From an uncultured Methanoregulaceae archaeon (GTDB lineage: Archaea; Halobacteriota; Methanomicrobia; Methanomicrobiales; Methanospirillaceae), in NCBI GenBank assembly GCA_963705255.1, contig OY970061.1:1664001-1728000 (forward strand): DNA of 64,000 nucleotides, read 5' to 3'. Position 1 is the stretch's first letter. Each line of letters opens with the position of its first letter. Under the pieces are notes generated by a model. That model did not search any database. It saw nothing but the letters and a program-made list of their open reading frames with translations, and was not told the origin of the DNA. Shown one piece after another: positions 30,468 through 40,158 of the stretch. The position numbers were made by a program, and so were the translations under genes.

Positions 30468-31304
30468 TTACTTCGCTCTTGAATGGCACACCCACAGATC
30501 GTAGATCGGGTCGGCCGGGTTCTCTTTCACTTCGACTTCCTGCCCGAGTTCCTCTCCCCAGTCGCGGATGAGCAGCGCCTCCTGCTCGGTCCCGACCGTG
30601 ATGAGGGTCTCCCGGGTCAGGAGGAAGAGCTCGCTGATGATCTGCCTCCACATCTCCTGGGTAAAGCTGTTGATCTCGCCCATCATGATCCCGATCCCCC
30701 TGGGGACCGGATCGAGGTACTGCGTGGCGATGGTCGCGTCCAGCCACATCGTCTCCCCGGGGAGGAGCCGCCCTTCTGCCAGTCCCCGGCTGAGGAGGGT
30801 CTCGTCATTGTCGTAGGACAACGGGGAGTAGCCGAGCTCGCGCAGGACAAGCGACCCGACGCCGGAGCCGCAGCAGCAGTCGATACAGGTCTCCCCCTTT
30901 GCGTCCCCCCAGTACCCGGAGATGAGGTTGTTCAGGATCCCCCGCCGGACCGGGTTGAGGTCTTCAACGGATGGGGGCACGGCGGCCCGCAGTGCCTCGC
31001 TGAAATACTCCCGCACCGCGGCTGCCCATACGGCACGGTCTTCCTGGAATATCTCCCCGTTCATATACTCGAACCGTTCGATCAGGGCAAGCGACGGGTT
31101 CCTGCAGAGAAACGAACCGGCAGTCCACCCGTCCGGCCCGCGGAATGCCAGCGCGAGCGGCTCTTCGTTCTCGTCCACGAGGAGTCGCCCCTCGTCACCC
31201 ACCACTTCCACGAGCACCATGTTGAAGGTGCAGTCAGTCAGCGCGGCAAACGCCGGCTCGACAAAACCGACCGTCTCCACCCCGAGAATTTCTGAGGCTT
31301 TCAT
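30468..31304 (-). CDS. Hypothetical protein with a class I SAM-methyltransferase-like motif
   Basis: 'CIDCCCGSGVGS' resembles motif I; 4-nt overlap with the upstream gene. Confidence 0.6.
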   Translation of the reverse strand: MKASEILGVETVGFVEPAFAALTDCTFNMVLVEVVGDEGRLLVDENEEPLALAFRGPDGWTAGSFLCRNPSLALIERFEYMNGEIFQEDRAVWAAAVREYFSEALRAAVPPSVEDLNPVRRGILNNLISGYWGDAKGETCIDCCCGSGVGSLVLRELGYSPLSYDNDETLLSRGLAEGRLLPGETMWLDATIATQYLDPVPRGIGIMMGEINSFTQEMWRQIISELFLLTRETLITVGTEQEALLIRDWGEELGQEVEVKENPADPIYDLWVCHSRAK

Positions 31305-32146
31305 ACCCCACGCTCAATCCGCAGCCCGTGCGGGGCTTCGATGGTCCCGTCCACCCGTGCGTCCTCGTGGAGCACGATGGACTTGGCTTTCACGTCGCCG
31401 AGGATGTGGGCGCCCTTCCGGACATAGACGGTACTCCCGCTCTCCACGTTCCCGTGGACGGTGACGCCGTCGACAACCGCGATCCGGTTCCTGGCCCGCA
31501 GGCTCCCGAAGATGACGGTGTTCTGCTGGACATCGATGGACCCGGCCCGGATGTTGCCGTGGAGCCGGCAGCCCTTCCCGATCTTCATGGTGGAGGGGAC
31601 GGAAAAGACCTTCAGGTCCAGCTTCGAGCGGGCGGGGATCATCAGCGGGACCTCCAGCTTCTCCTCCTCCTCCGAGAAGAGGTCGTCGAGGATCCGGTCG
31701 AGCTCCTTCTCGTTCTCGATCCTGAGGAGCGTCATTAAGTAGATGAGGATGAACATGAAGACCGGCATCGGGTTCCGGACCTCGATGTCTCCCCTTGCCT
31801 CGAACCCGTCCCGGATCGTTACCTTCTCGCCGATGTCGAGCGCACCCGAGACGGACAGCTTCCCGTTGATCGTCACGCCCTCGCCGATGTAGGCGTCCTG
31901 GTGGGCGACTACGTCCCCGCCGATCTCGCACCAGTTCCCGATCCGGGCGTCGCCGCCCGCCCAGACGTACTCGCGGATCTTTGAGGACTCGCCCACGAAG
32001 ACGTCCGCTCCCCGCAGCCCGTAATCGATCTGGCAGAACTCGCCGACCACGATGTTCCTTAAGGTCCTGATGCTGTGCTCCTGCAGCTCGGTCCCGTCGG
32101 GGAGGAGGCAGTGCTTGTGCCAGTTCTTTACGGTTCTCTCTCTCAT
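31301..32146 (-). CDS. Beta-helix repeat protein, COG4801 / polymer-forming cytoskeletal (bactofilin-like) family
   Basis: Repeats such as 'IGNWCEIGGDV', 'IGEGVTINGKL', 'VHGNVES', 'ILGDVKA', 'VDGTIEA'. Confidence 0.75.
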   Translation of the reverse strand: MRERTVKNWHKHCLLPDGTELQEHSIRTLRNIVVGEFCQIDYGLRGADVFVGESSKIREYVWAGGDARIGNWCEIGGDVVAHQDAYIGEGVTINGKLSVSGALDIGEKVTIRDGFEARGDIEVRNPMPVFMFILIYLMTLLRIENEKELDRILDDLFSEEEEKLEVPLMIPARSKLDLKVFSVPSTMKIGKGCRLHGNIRAGSIDVQQNTVIFGSLRARNRIAVVDGVTVHGNVESGSTVYVRKGAHILGDVKAKSIVLHEDARVDGTIEAPHGLRIERGV

Positions 32147-32165
32147 TCGTACCCCGGAAGTGCCC

Positions 32166-33401
32166 TTACGCCCCGTACTTGTGCGCCCTGTTGATGAGGT
32201 CGAGGGCAATCGGCATCAGGGCAGGGCCGGTGATGCGGGAGAGGTCGCCCTTCGCGCAGGAATACTCGTCGAACCTGACCACGTCGTCCATGCGGACGCC
32301 GTCCCCCCGGATGATGACCGGCACGGGGTCGGCGGAATGGTCCTTGATGGTGCACGGCGTGGAATGGTCGCCGCAGATGATGATGATGCAGTCGCGGCAG
32401 GCCAGCAGGGGTTCGAGCACGGCATCGATCTTCTCGATAAAATTCCGTTTCTGTTCCGCGAGCCCGTCGTGCCCTGACTCGTCGGCGCCCTTGATGTTGA
32501 CCAGCACGAAGTCCTTTGTCTCCAGTTCCTTCTGCGCTGCTGTGATCTTACCGGCGATATTGCTGTCCTGAGAACCGGTGATGCCCGGTACCGGGACGTG
32601 CTCAAGGCCGACTGCCCTGCCGATGCCGGTGATGAGGCTCGCGGCAGCGATGACGCTGCCGGAGAGGCCGTACTTCCGTTCGAACGGCTCGAAGTTTCCC
32701 ATCTCGCCGGCCCCCCGCATCAGGACGATGTTTGCCGGGCTGAGGCCTTTTTTCACCCGGTCCCTGTTGATAGGGTGATCGAAGAGGATCCGTGTCGACT
32801 GCTTCACGAACTCGTTGCAGACCGCCGCGGTCTTCTCGTGCTCCTCTCCTTTTTTGACCGCCGTGACCGTGAGCGGTTTTACCCCCTCCACCTTGGGGTC
32901 GTTTGAGGAGACGCAGTGCCCGAGACCTTCGCCTTTGAGGGCGAGCGCTGCACGGTGGCCGGCCCCGGAGCGGAACGTGAACTCTACGCCGGACTCCGAG
33001 AGATCGACCCCGTCCTGGATCGCTTTACTCAACGCAGCGGTGTCGTGGATCCGCCCGGCCCGCCGGTCGAGGACGATGCCCTCTCTGGAGACCGTGGCAT
33101 AGTTGCAGCGGAACCCGATCATGCCCGGCTCCATGTGAATCCCCGAACCTTCACATTCGAGCGGTCCCCTGCCGGTGTAATACGTGTGCGGGTCATAGCC
33201 GAGGAGGGCGAGGTGGGCCGTGTCGGACCCCGGACGGATACCGGGCGCGATGGTATCCATGATCCCGCAGATCCCTTCGGCCGCGAGTTTGTCGAGGACG
33301 GGTGTCCGTGCCGCCGCGAGCGGGGTGGTGCCGCCGAGCTCGGGACAGGGGCGGTCCGATATCCCGTCGAGGACGATGAACAGGATCTTGTGTGCCGTCA
33401 T
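32166..33401 (-). CDS. apgM: 2,3-bisphosphoglycerate-independent phosphoglycerate mutase (archaeal)
   Basis: 'LDGISDRP', 'PGSDTAHL', 'YTGRGPLE', 'DRRAGRI', 'DESGHDG', 'GDHSTP'. Confidence 0.96.
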   Translation of the reverse strand: MTAHKILFIVLDGISDRPCPELGGTTPLAAARTPVLDKLAAEGICGIMDTIAPGIRPGSDTAHLALLGYDPHTYYTGRGPLECEGSGIHMEPGMIGFRCNYATVSREGIVLDRRAGRIHDTAALSKAIQDGVDLSESGVEFTFRSGAGHRAALALKGEGLGHCVSSNDPKVEGVKPLTVTAVKKGEEHEKTAAVCNEFVKQSTRILFDHPINRDRVKKGLSPANIVLMRGAGEMGNFEPFERKYGLSGSVIAAASLITGIGRAVGLEHVPVPGITGSQDSNIAGKITAAQKELETKDFVLVNIKGADESGHDGLAEQKRNFIEKIDAVLEPLLACRDCIIIICGDHSTPCTIKDHSADPVPVIIRGDGVRMDDVVRFDEYSCAKGDLSRITGPALMPIALDLINRAHKYGA

Positions 33402-33449
33402 GCGTATGGAATGGTTGGGTGCATGGGGTAATTATGTTTCTTGATGACT

Positions 33450-33765
33450 GCCGTTCCCGCAGGGAAGGGTAGGCAGGAGAAGAACCCACAGGGTTCTTCG
33501 ACTTGACGGCGGTTGCCGCAAGGCAAGAGCTGGTTAGAGAAAAATCCGTAAGGATTTTTCGAACTGTCGAACCCTCCCTTCAGGGAGGGTGAGACAGGAG
33601 AAGACCATCAGGTCTTCGACCGAACCCGTCAGGGTTCTTCGAAATACCCACCGTTCCCATCAGTAAGGGTAAGGCAGGAGAAGAGTTCGAAGAGTTCTGA
33701 TGAACTCTTCTCGTCTTCGAAGTCCTGATGGACTTCTCAGAACCCGTCAGGGTTTTTCGATCTGG
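33450..33765. repeat. Intergenic array of ~10 short hairpins (REP/BIME-like)
   Basis: GAAGAACCC-ACA-GGGTTCTTC, TTGCC-GCAA-GGCAA, GAAAAATCC-GTAA-GGATTTTTC, ACCCTCCC-TTCA-GGGAGGGT, GAAGACC-ATCA-GGTCTTC, GAACCC-GTCA-GGGTT (twice), GAAGAGTTC-TGAT-GAACTCTTC, GAAGTCC-TGAT-GGACTTC. Confidence 0.8.
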
Positions 33766-33910
33766 CTGTTGATAACGCATCCTGATGTAAATTAATTTCA
33801 GGATTTTATAATTGCTTTTTTTGGGGAAAGATTTATAAACCATATTGGATAATTTCAGATTGCCTGACATCAATGGCTGGTATTGATGAAAGGGAAAGGG
33901 TAGTGCAATT

Positions 33911-34499
33911 ATGGTGGATGTGAGGTACTTTTACGGCGGTCAAAGTAGCTGATCAGACCGCAAACCCGGCACCGCTGGGCCTTCTGGCATTCGGTATGAC
34001 CACGGTTCTTCTGAACCTGCACAATGCCGGGCTCTTTGCGATGGGATCAGCGATCTTTACGATGGGGATATTCTTCGGCGGGATTGCGCAGATCATCGCA
34101 GGTATCATGGAATGGAAGAAGAACAATACGTTCGGCACGACCGCATTCGTCTCATACGGTTTCTTCTGGATCTCGCTCGTAGGCCTGATCCTCATGCCGG
34201 TGCTCGGCTGGAGCGGCCCGCTCGAGATGAAAGCGCTCGTATCATTCCTCACCATATGGGGTTTGTTCTCATTTGTGATGTTCATCATCACGTTCAGGCT
34301 GTCAAAAGCGCTCCAGGTGGTCTTCGGGCTCCTGACGTTATTGTTCCTCCTCCTGATCGCAGGGAACGTGACCGGCAGCGTTGCTGTCCTCCAGATTGCC
34401 GGTATCGTGGGCATTATCTGCGGACTCTCCGCGATGTACACCGGCCTCGGGCAGCTGATGAATGAAGTGTACAAAGAGCCGATCATCAGACTCGGGTGA
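33911..34499 (+). CDS. satP: Acetate uptake transporter, SatP/GPR1/FUN34/YaaH family (5' end probably affected by indels)
   Basis: Signature 'ANPAPLGLLAFGMTT' lies in frame upstream of the listed ORF; also 'GGIAQIIAG', 'NTFGTTAFVSYGFFW'. The ATG at 33911 is out of frame. Confidence 0.9.
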
Positions 34500-34505
34500 T
34501 CCGGA

Positions 34506-35984
34506 ATGACGGATTTGACAGCGTATGAATATTTTTTCAAAAAAGATCCGGTAGCGCATATCATTACCGACCACGAAGGTAAAATCCTTGAAGCCAATGA
34601 AGGGTTCTGTACCATAGTCGGTACACCCATGGATCGTGTCCTGACGATCAAGATGTCTGACTTCAGGGCACAGGGAATTCTCAAGTACCTCGAGGATAAA
34701 GGAGGCTCGTTTGCGGATTGCCTGGCGAAGAAACAGGTCACCGTCGGAGAATCGACCTGGCAGGCACCCAGCGGCGTCCACACGGTGATGCGCACGAATA
34801 TCCCTCTCCTGGATGAGAAGGGGAATCTCAAGTACGTCTATGTATCCTATGTCGAGATCACAAAAGTCGTGAAAACCCGGAAATTCATGGAGCATGAAGT
34901 CGAGGAGCTTGCAAAGGCATATGCGGAGATTGCAAAGGGCGATCTGACGATACGATACGAGATTACCAAGCCTGACACCGATACAAAAGAGGTATATGAG
35001 CAGATCGTCAGGCTGCGGGATGCAGTGCGGGGCGTTATCATCAATCTCCAGATCAGCATCAAGGATGTCAACAGGCAGATGCAGAACCTGACCTCAACTG
35101 CGGGGAATGCAGCCCGCAGCATTGAAGACGGTTCCAAGGGTGTCCAGCAGATCGCTATAAATGCCGGAAAAGTGAGCGAGAACGCCGAGAAGGCATCACA
35201 GAATGTCGACCAGATCACCAAAGCCATGCAGGACATGAGTGCCGGAGTAGAAGAGATCACCTCCAGCATGGAATCCGTGTCTAACCTTACAAAAGAGACC
35301 AACGATCTCTCCAAGAAGGGCGCGGAGCTTGCCGGGAAGGCGGAAAAAAGCATGGGGGAGATCTCCGTCTCGTCGGCAAAGGTTTATGAAATTGTTGCCG
35401 ATGTAGAAAAACAGATGGGGGAGATCTCAAAGATTGTCCTCCTTATCAGGGAGATTGCAAACCAGACCAACCTGCTCGCCCTCAATGCGGCCATCGAGGC
35501 TGCCCGCGCCGGTGATGCCGGGCGGGGATTTGCCGTTGTTGCCACGGAAGTGAAATCCCTTGCCGAGGAGTCGAGGAAATCGGCAGAACAGATCGAAGAG
35601 ATGATTATCCGCCTCAAGAAGAGCACCGGGAATGCATCCAAGGCCATGGGTAATGAAAAACAGATCGTTGACCTTGGTGCAAAGATGGTGACCGAAACGC
35701 TGCAGTCGTTCAATAAAATTGCCACGGCGGTTGACAAGGTGGCAAACAGCGTCTCTGAAGTCGCCGCAGCCACTGAAGAGCAGGCGGCAACAACCGAAGA
35801 GATCACGGCGAGCGTCAACGAAGTGGCCAGCCTAGTCGAGCGGACGGCAAAAGAGGCCGGTGATGCCGCTGCAGCTACCGAAGAATCGTCTGCCGCCCTG
35901 GATGAGATCACCCGCATGGTGGAAACCGTGAACAAAGTCGCTGTCGGGGCAATGGAAGCGAACAAGAAGTTCAAGGTGGAATGA
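34506..35984 (+). CDS. Soluble methyl-accepting chemotaxis protein with N-terminal PAS-like domain
   Basis: Hairpin tip '[37 protein letters not shown]'; PAS-like '[15 protein letters not shown]...PLLDEKG'; no TM segment visible. Confidence 0.95.
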   Translation: MTDLTAYEYFFKKDPVAHIITDHEGKILEANEGFCTIVGTPMDRVLTIKMSDFRAQGILKYLEDKGGSFADCLAKKQVTVGESTWQAPSGVHTVMRTNIPLLDEKGNLKYVYVSYVEITKVVKTRKFMEHEVEELAKAYAEIAKGDLTIRYEITKPDTDTKEVYEQIVRLRDAVRGVIINLQISIKDVNRQMQNLTSTAGNAARSIEDGSKGVQQIAINAGKVSENAEKASQNVDQITKAMQDMSAGVEEITSSMESVSNLTKETNDLSKKGAELAGKAEKSMGEISVSSAKVYEIVADVEKQMGEISKIVLLIREIANQTNLLALNAAIEAARAGDAGRGFAVVATEVKSLAEESRKSAEQIEEMIIRLKKSTGNASKAMGNEKQIVDLGAKMVTETLQSFNKIATAVDKVANSVSEVAAATEEQAATTEEITASVNEVASLVERTAKEAGDAAAATEESSAALDEITRMVETVNKVAVGAMEANKKFKVE

Positions 35985-35998
35985 GGGGGGTGCGTTAC

Positions 35999-36553
35999 AT
36001 GGCACCTGCAACGGTTGACAAGGCCCTCCAGCCCAAACCGGTGAAAGGAACAGGCACAGGGAAAAACAGCCGTGATACGATCCAGGTAGTGGAATTCCTT
36101 CTGGGCGGCGAACGCTTTGCCATCGATCTCTTTGACGTCAGGGAAGTTGTGGAATATACCTCCATAACAAAACTCCCGAACGCGTCCCCGTATGTCAGGG
36201 GAATCATTGACCTCAGGGGCGAGATCACCACTATCATCGATCTCAAGCACCGGCTCAATATCACGGAAGCGGGCGGCGTGGCGGTAGAATCATCGCGCAT
36301 CATCGTGCTGGACAATAAGAATACCGGCTCCAAGATCGGGATCCTTGTAGATGATGTCACTTCTGTTTCCACGGTTGAAGGAAACCAGGTGGATTACACA
36401 TCTGCGTCAGTGAGCAGGGAAGATACCGCAATCATCGGCATCATTAAACGGAAAGTAAAGGAAAAAGAGAAGGAGACCCATGAACTGATCATCTGGATCG
36501 ACATCAAGCAGCTCCTTCGGGATATTGATATCGGCACGAAGAAAGATGCCTGA
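35999..36553 (+). CDS. cheW: Chemotaxis coupling protein CheW
   Basis: 'VVEFLLGGERFAI', 'ITKLPNASPYVRGIIDLRGEI', 'GILVDDV'. Confidence 0.95.
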   Translation: MAPATVDKALQPKPVKGTGTGKNSRDTIQVVEFLLGGERFAIDLFDVREVVEYTSITKLPNASPYVRGIIDLRGEITTIIDLKHRLNITEAGGVAVESSRIIVLDNKNTGSKIGILVDDVTSVSTVEGNQVDYTSASVSREDTAIIGIIKRKVKEKEKETHELIIWIDIKQLLRDIDIGTKKDA

Positions 36554-36729
36554 CCCGGATCTCGCGGCTCGAAAATAAATTTCATGATATGGCTCTTGAA
36601 ATGTCCTACCGTGTATCACGCATTTTGCATAATGATTGCGATTAAGCCGGTGGCTCATGAAGGTCCCGGTACGGAAAAATAGGTATCGGGAAATAGTATA
36701 TCATTATCATCGAAGCAGGTGCCGGACCT

Positions 36730-37327
36730 TTGAAGCATTCGCTTGCCATTTTTTTCCTGTGCTTTCTCCTCATCATCCTGGCCGTGTACATGAACCCGGC
36801 ATCGAAGGAACATTTCACAACACAAAATCAGACCCCGGTGCAGACCCTATCCGTTCCCCCTACTGCCGCCTTCTCAACACCAGATACCGCGCCCACCCTT
36901 CAGATTCTCAGGCCCGTCTCCATCCCACAGGATATCCACGGCTGCCCGGCAACCCTCACGCATCCCCCGGAAGAATTCGTATGTCCCCGGGATTTGCCGC
37001 CAGCCCCGGAAACATACCCTGTTGCAGATCCCCTGCATCCCACGCAGCAGGAGATGGATGCGCTTCCCGTGAATTTCCCCGGGATCGAGAGGACCCTGCT
37101 CGTTACAGCGGCCCTGAAAGATCCCTGCGTGATCGAATTTCTCCAGTCCGGAGGGAATATTGAGGGAATAACCGATCAGCCGCGTCCCTCGAATGGAAAA
37201 GAGACCGTGCGATGGCCCCCGGTAGTGCTGGCCTATCGCCGTATCAACTGTACCTGAGATGATAGTGCTGTTTGACATCGATCCTTCCGCGGGAAATGTC
37301 AGCGGGATCAGGATAGAACTGAAATAG
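36730..37327 (+). CDS. Hypothetical membrane-anchored/secreted protein (probable indel near 37255)
   Basis: N-terminal hydrophobic segment and Pro/Thr-rich linker; the reading continues 'MIVLFDIDPSAGNVSGIRIELK*' in a shifted frame. Confidence 0.55.
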
Positions 37328-37521
37328 TGGTCCAAGGGTAGCACCGGATGCAAGCCGATCCGGGAATTAATTTTTATTGTCACTTCCGGACCCGGCAATT
37401 TTTCAAAATACTACATTGTTGACTATGATAAAATCAAAAAATTTATTCTCATGGGATAGGGTTTGAATTCTATCCAAACCCGGTTCGAAAGATAAGGAAG
37501 TTTACCCTGTTTTTCACAATG

Positions 37522-38203
37522 TCACTCTTTTTTTCGGTTATTAAATGAGGCCGAAAGGAGAATCCCGGCAAAAATTGCAATGACCGGTACTATCACGGGG
37601 AGCGGGGTGACCTGACGGGTCGGAGAGGTACTGATCCCGATGCGTGTACCAGGTACTGGCGGAGGGAGACGGTTGCACCTGGACGGTGGTTGGAGTGGAT
37701 GTTTGATTTGGAGCGATTCTGCTTTCCGGTGAGACCATAAAAAAATGCTGTTCAGCTTCAGCAGATACGGAGGTCTCCAAGGATTCGACATACACCACAT
37801 ATTCATCGGGTGTCACATTTTCGAAGCTGGGTGTCGGATAATAATTGGGCGGTTCGGTATAAATCTCCCATCGGGATGGTATGATCGCGGCAGACCAGGA
37901 ATTGACCCCCCTTTCTCCGGGTCGTATGGACACATCTGACGTATAAAAAGATGATCCGAATCCACCGGGGTTAAAACCGGCCCATCCGATGTAAAGAAGG
38001 AGAGAATCGTTCAAAGCCACCAGATTCGTTGTCCCGTTGATAAAGAATGCATCGCCAACCCTGTGGTTCCCGATGGGATCGATTGTTATAAACGGAGTCG
38101 TGACCGGGGTTACATTGCCCTTTTCAGCCCCCGCTGCCGGGACTACTATCATCGCCGCAAGGAGTATGGTATACGATGCCAGAACTAGTATTTTCGACTT
38201 CAT
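37522..38203 (-). CDS. Secreted Ig-like surface protein with C-terminal TM sorting-like tail (indel near 37650)
   Basis: Signal peptide, 'PFITIDPIGNH.VGD.F.INGTTNL', Thr-rich linker; tail 'TPLPVIVPVIAIFAGILL...RKKE' in a shifted frame. Confidence 0.7.
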
Positions 38204-38246
38204 CTCATGTACGTTCCGTTGCACATTTTTCACGGTAGTGAAAAAA

Positions 38247-39002
38247 TTATGGCACCTTCACCGGGTCTGCCGGGACTTCGGTACCGAGATCGTACACCCT
38301 GGTCATGAACCTCGCCTGGAAGGTCGAGAGGAGAGGCGCAATGATAAGGATCAGGAGAAGGAACAGGCCGAGCGCGATGAAAATATGCCCAACGAAAAAA
38401 CCCACGAAAATGACGATCATCTCGACAATGAACAGGGGAAGGCCGATGATGAGCAGGAGAACGATGAGCGCGAGGATGTAGGTCAGCCACCCGATCTTCC
38501 CGATGTGCCCGATGATTGCCCTGAAATTGAACGCCTCGAAGAAATCCCGGGTCCGGGCAAACCGGATGGAGGCTATCGGGAGGAGGATCGCGATGATGAT
38601 ATCCACGATGACCATGATCAGTATCGAGAGGAATACGAGGCCGACCGTCTGCCCGGCCGCCCCCATGTCGAACGGTTGTACGGTGCCGACCGGCGCCGGC
38701 GCCATGGCCGTGGCATGCCGGAAGAAGTAGGGAGCGAGGGCGATGATGATGACCGGGATCGCGTAGATCAGGCCGATGACCATCAGCTTCAGGCCGTCGA
38801 TGAAGAGCGCGCCCCAGTCCTCCACCGCCGGGGCCGGAGTCGCCCCCCGGTAGATCCGGATGATGTAACCGGAGAGAGGTATTCCAAGGAGGATCGTTCC
38901 GAGGATCAGCCGAACCCACCGGTCCGTTCGTTCATATACACCTTCTTTTGCATACGCAAATGCGTCGTGCACCATCATGTCGTAATCTGCCAACTGGTTC
39001 AC
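38247..39002 (-). CDS. DUF4013 family membrane protein
   Basis: 'GYIIRIYRG..PAP..EDWG.LFIDGLK...I.LIY.IP', 'RFART..F.EAFNF'. Confidence 0.85.
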   Translation of the reverse strand: MNQLADYDMMVHDAFAYAKEGVYERTDRWVRLILGTILLGIPLSGYIIRIYRGATPAPAVEDWGALFIDGLKLMVIGLIYAIPVIIIALAPYFFRHATAMAPAPVGTVQPFDMGAAGQTVGLVFLSILIMVIVDIIIAILLPIASIRFARTRDFFEAFNFRAIIGHIGKIGWLTYILALIVLLLIIGLPLFIVEMIVIFVGFFVGHIFIALGLFLLLILIIAPLLSTFQARFMTRVYDLGTEVPADPVKVP

Positions 39003-39308
39003 CTGTCTGCTGTGGACGCTTTGGTTACTCTATTCTGTCCGCATCGAAGTATCAGACTAAATTTATAAAAATATTTGTAATTGTGGTTCTGACGTGTTAG
39101 CGGATCTCCAGGGAATTTTAACGAGGTGAAATACGAGCCATCAACGGTATACGCACCAGAACCCCAACCTCCGGATACGGCCGGATCGAATCTCCGGCAG
39201 GCAGGCTCACAAAAATAGTGCCCGACAGAACGAATTTACACAACAGAAAGATCAGGAATTCTCACATTATCCCATAAAAAACAGACAGATTCCCGGGTGT
39301 AAAAAAAA

Positions 39309-39914
39309 TTATGCCGTCGAGATCGGTGCTGCCACCTGCTCGACCTTGGACTTGATGACCTCGACCCTGCGGGTGGGGTAGATGGTCTTGACCGCCTTGA
39401 AGAGGTCGCGGGAGATCTCGCCCGAGACGATCCCGTTCAGGAGGGTGGTCAGGTCCCATGCGGATGCCTGTGCGGCAATGCCCTGGAGGATCGCGTTCCG
39501 GATCGCGTGCTCCTGCGAGAGGTTGGCACGGGCGAACGTGTAGGTGCAGACCGTCAGCCTGACCTTCTTGCCATCCTTGGTGACGACCGGGACGATGGTG
39601 TCCACGCGGGAGCTCCGGCGCTTGACGAGCGAGCGGAGGTAGTCGCGGGTGACTTCGTGGCCCACGAACTCGGTGTATGCCGAGTCGCCGGTAACGGTTT
39701 GGATCTTAAAGCTCATCTTCATGTGCTGCTTGGCGTAGTCATTCGTGATCTCGCCGAGCGTTGCGGTCATGATGCGGCCGACAACGCTCTCAGCATCGTT
39801 TGCGATGGTGTCACCGATGTACGCCTTCCCGAGGTTGTCGGGGACGTGCACCTTGAACCAGCTCTTGGCTTTCCAGCCTTCAACTCTTCTTCCTACCTGT
39901 TTCTTCTTTGCCAT
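39309..39914 (-). CDS. rps3ae: 30S ribosomal protein eS1 (S3Ae)
   Basis: 'WKAKSWF', 'DYLRSLVKRRSSRVD', 'IYPTRRVEVIKS'. Confidence 0.96.
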   Translation of the reverse strand: MAKKKQVGRRVEGWKAKSWFKVHVPDNLGKAYIGDTIANDAESVVGRIMTATLGEITNDYAKQHMKMSFKIQTVTGDSAYTEFVGHEVTRDYLRSLVKRRSSRVDTIVPVVTKDGKKVRLTVCTYTFARANLSQEHAIRNAILQGIAAQASAWDLTTLLNGIVSGEISRDLFKAVKTIYPTRRVEVIKSKVEQVAAPISTA

Positions 39915-39918
39915 AGTA

Positions 39919-40158
39919 TCACCTGGTTGGTTTCCTGTTGTTGCGGAGCGAAGATGCGTCCTGTGCTACTGCAAGGTTCATCAGATAATCGTCCACTGAT
40001 GCGATGACCGACCGGAGCTGCGTCCCGGTGATCGTCGTGATGACCCGGTCTCCTTCTGCCGTTGTCGACATGCTGCGCAGGTTGTCGGGCGACAACGCGG
40101 CGGCGACGCAACCGGCATTGGTGTGCCGGGTGGTGATGGTGCCGCTGACCTGCATCAT
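39919..40158 (-). CDS. pcc1: KEOPS complex subunit Pcc1
   Basis: [12 protein letters not shown]...'ALSPDN'...'[18 protein letters not shown]'; conserved position between the DHH gene and rps3ae. Confidence 0.85.
   Translation of the reverse strand: MMQVSGTITTRHTNAGCVAAALSPDNLRSMSTTAEGDRVITTITGTQLRSVIASVDDYLMNLAVAQDASSLRNNRKPTR

Noticed and set aside
33690-33740. Hammerhead ribozyme or C/D-box sRNA suggested by CTGATGA / CTGATG
   Set aside because: These are TGAT loops closing perfect hairpins (reverse complement of the ATCA loops elsewhere); no three-stem core with GAAA and no paired C/D boxes were found.
33911-33995. In-frame TGA upstream of the satP signature as selenocysteine or readthrough
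   Set aside because: There is no in-frame start upstream and no reason for Sec at that position; small indels after the ATG at 33911 explain it better.
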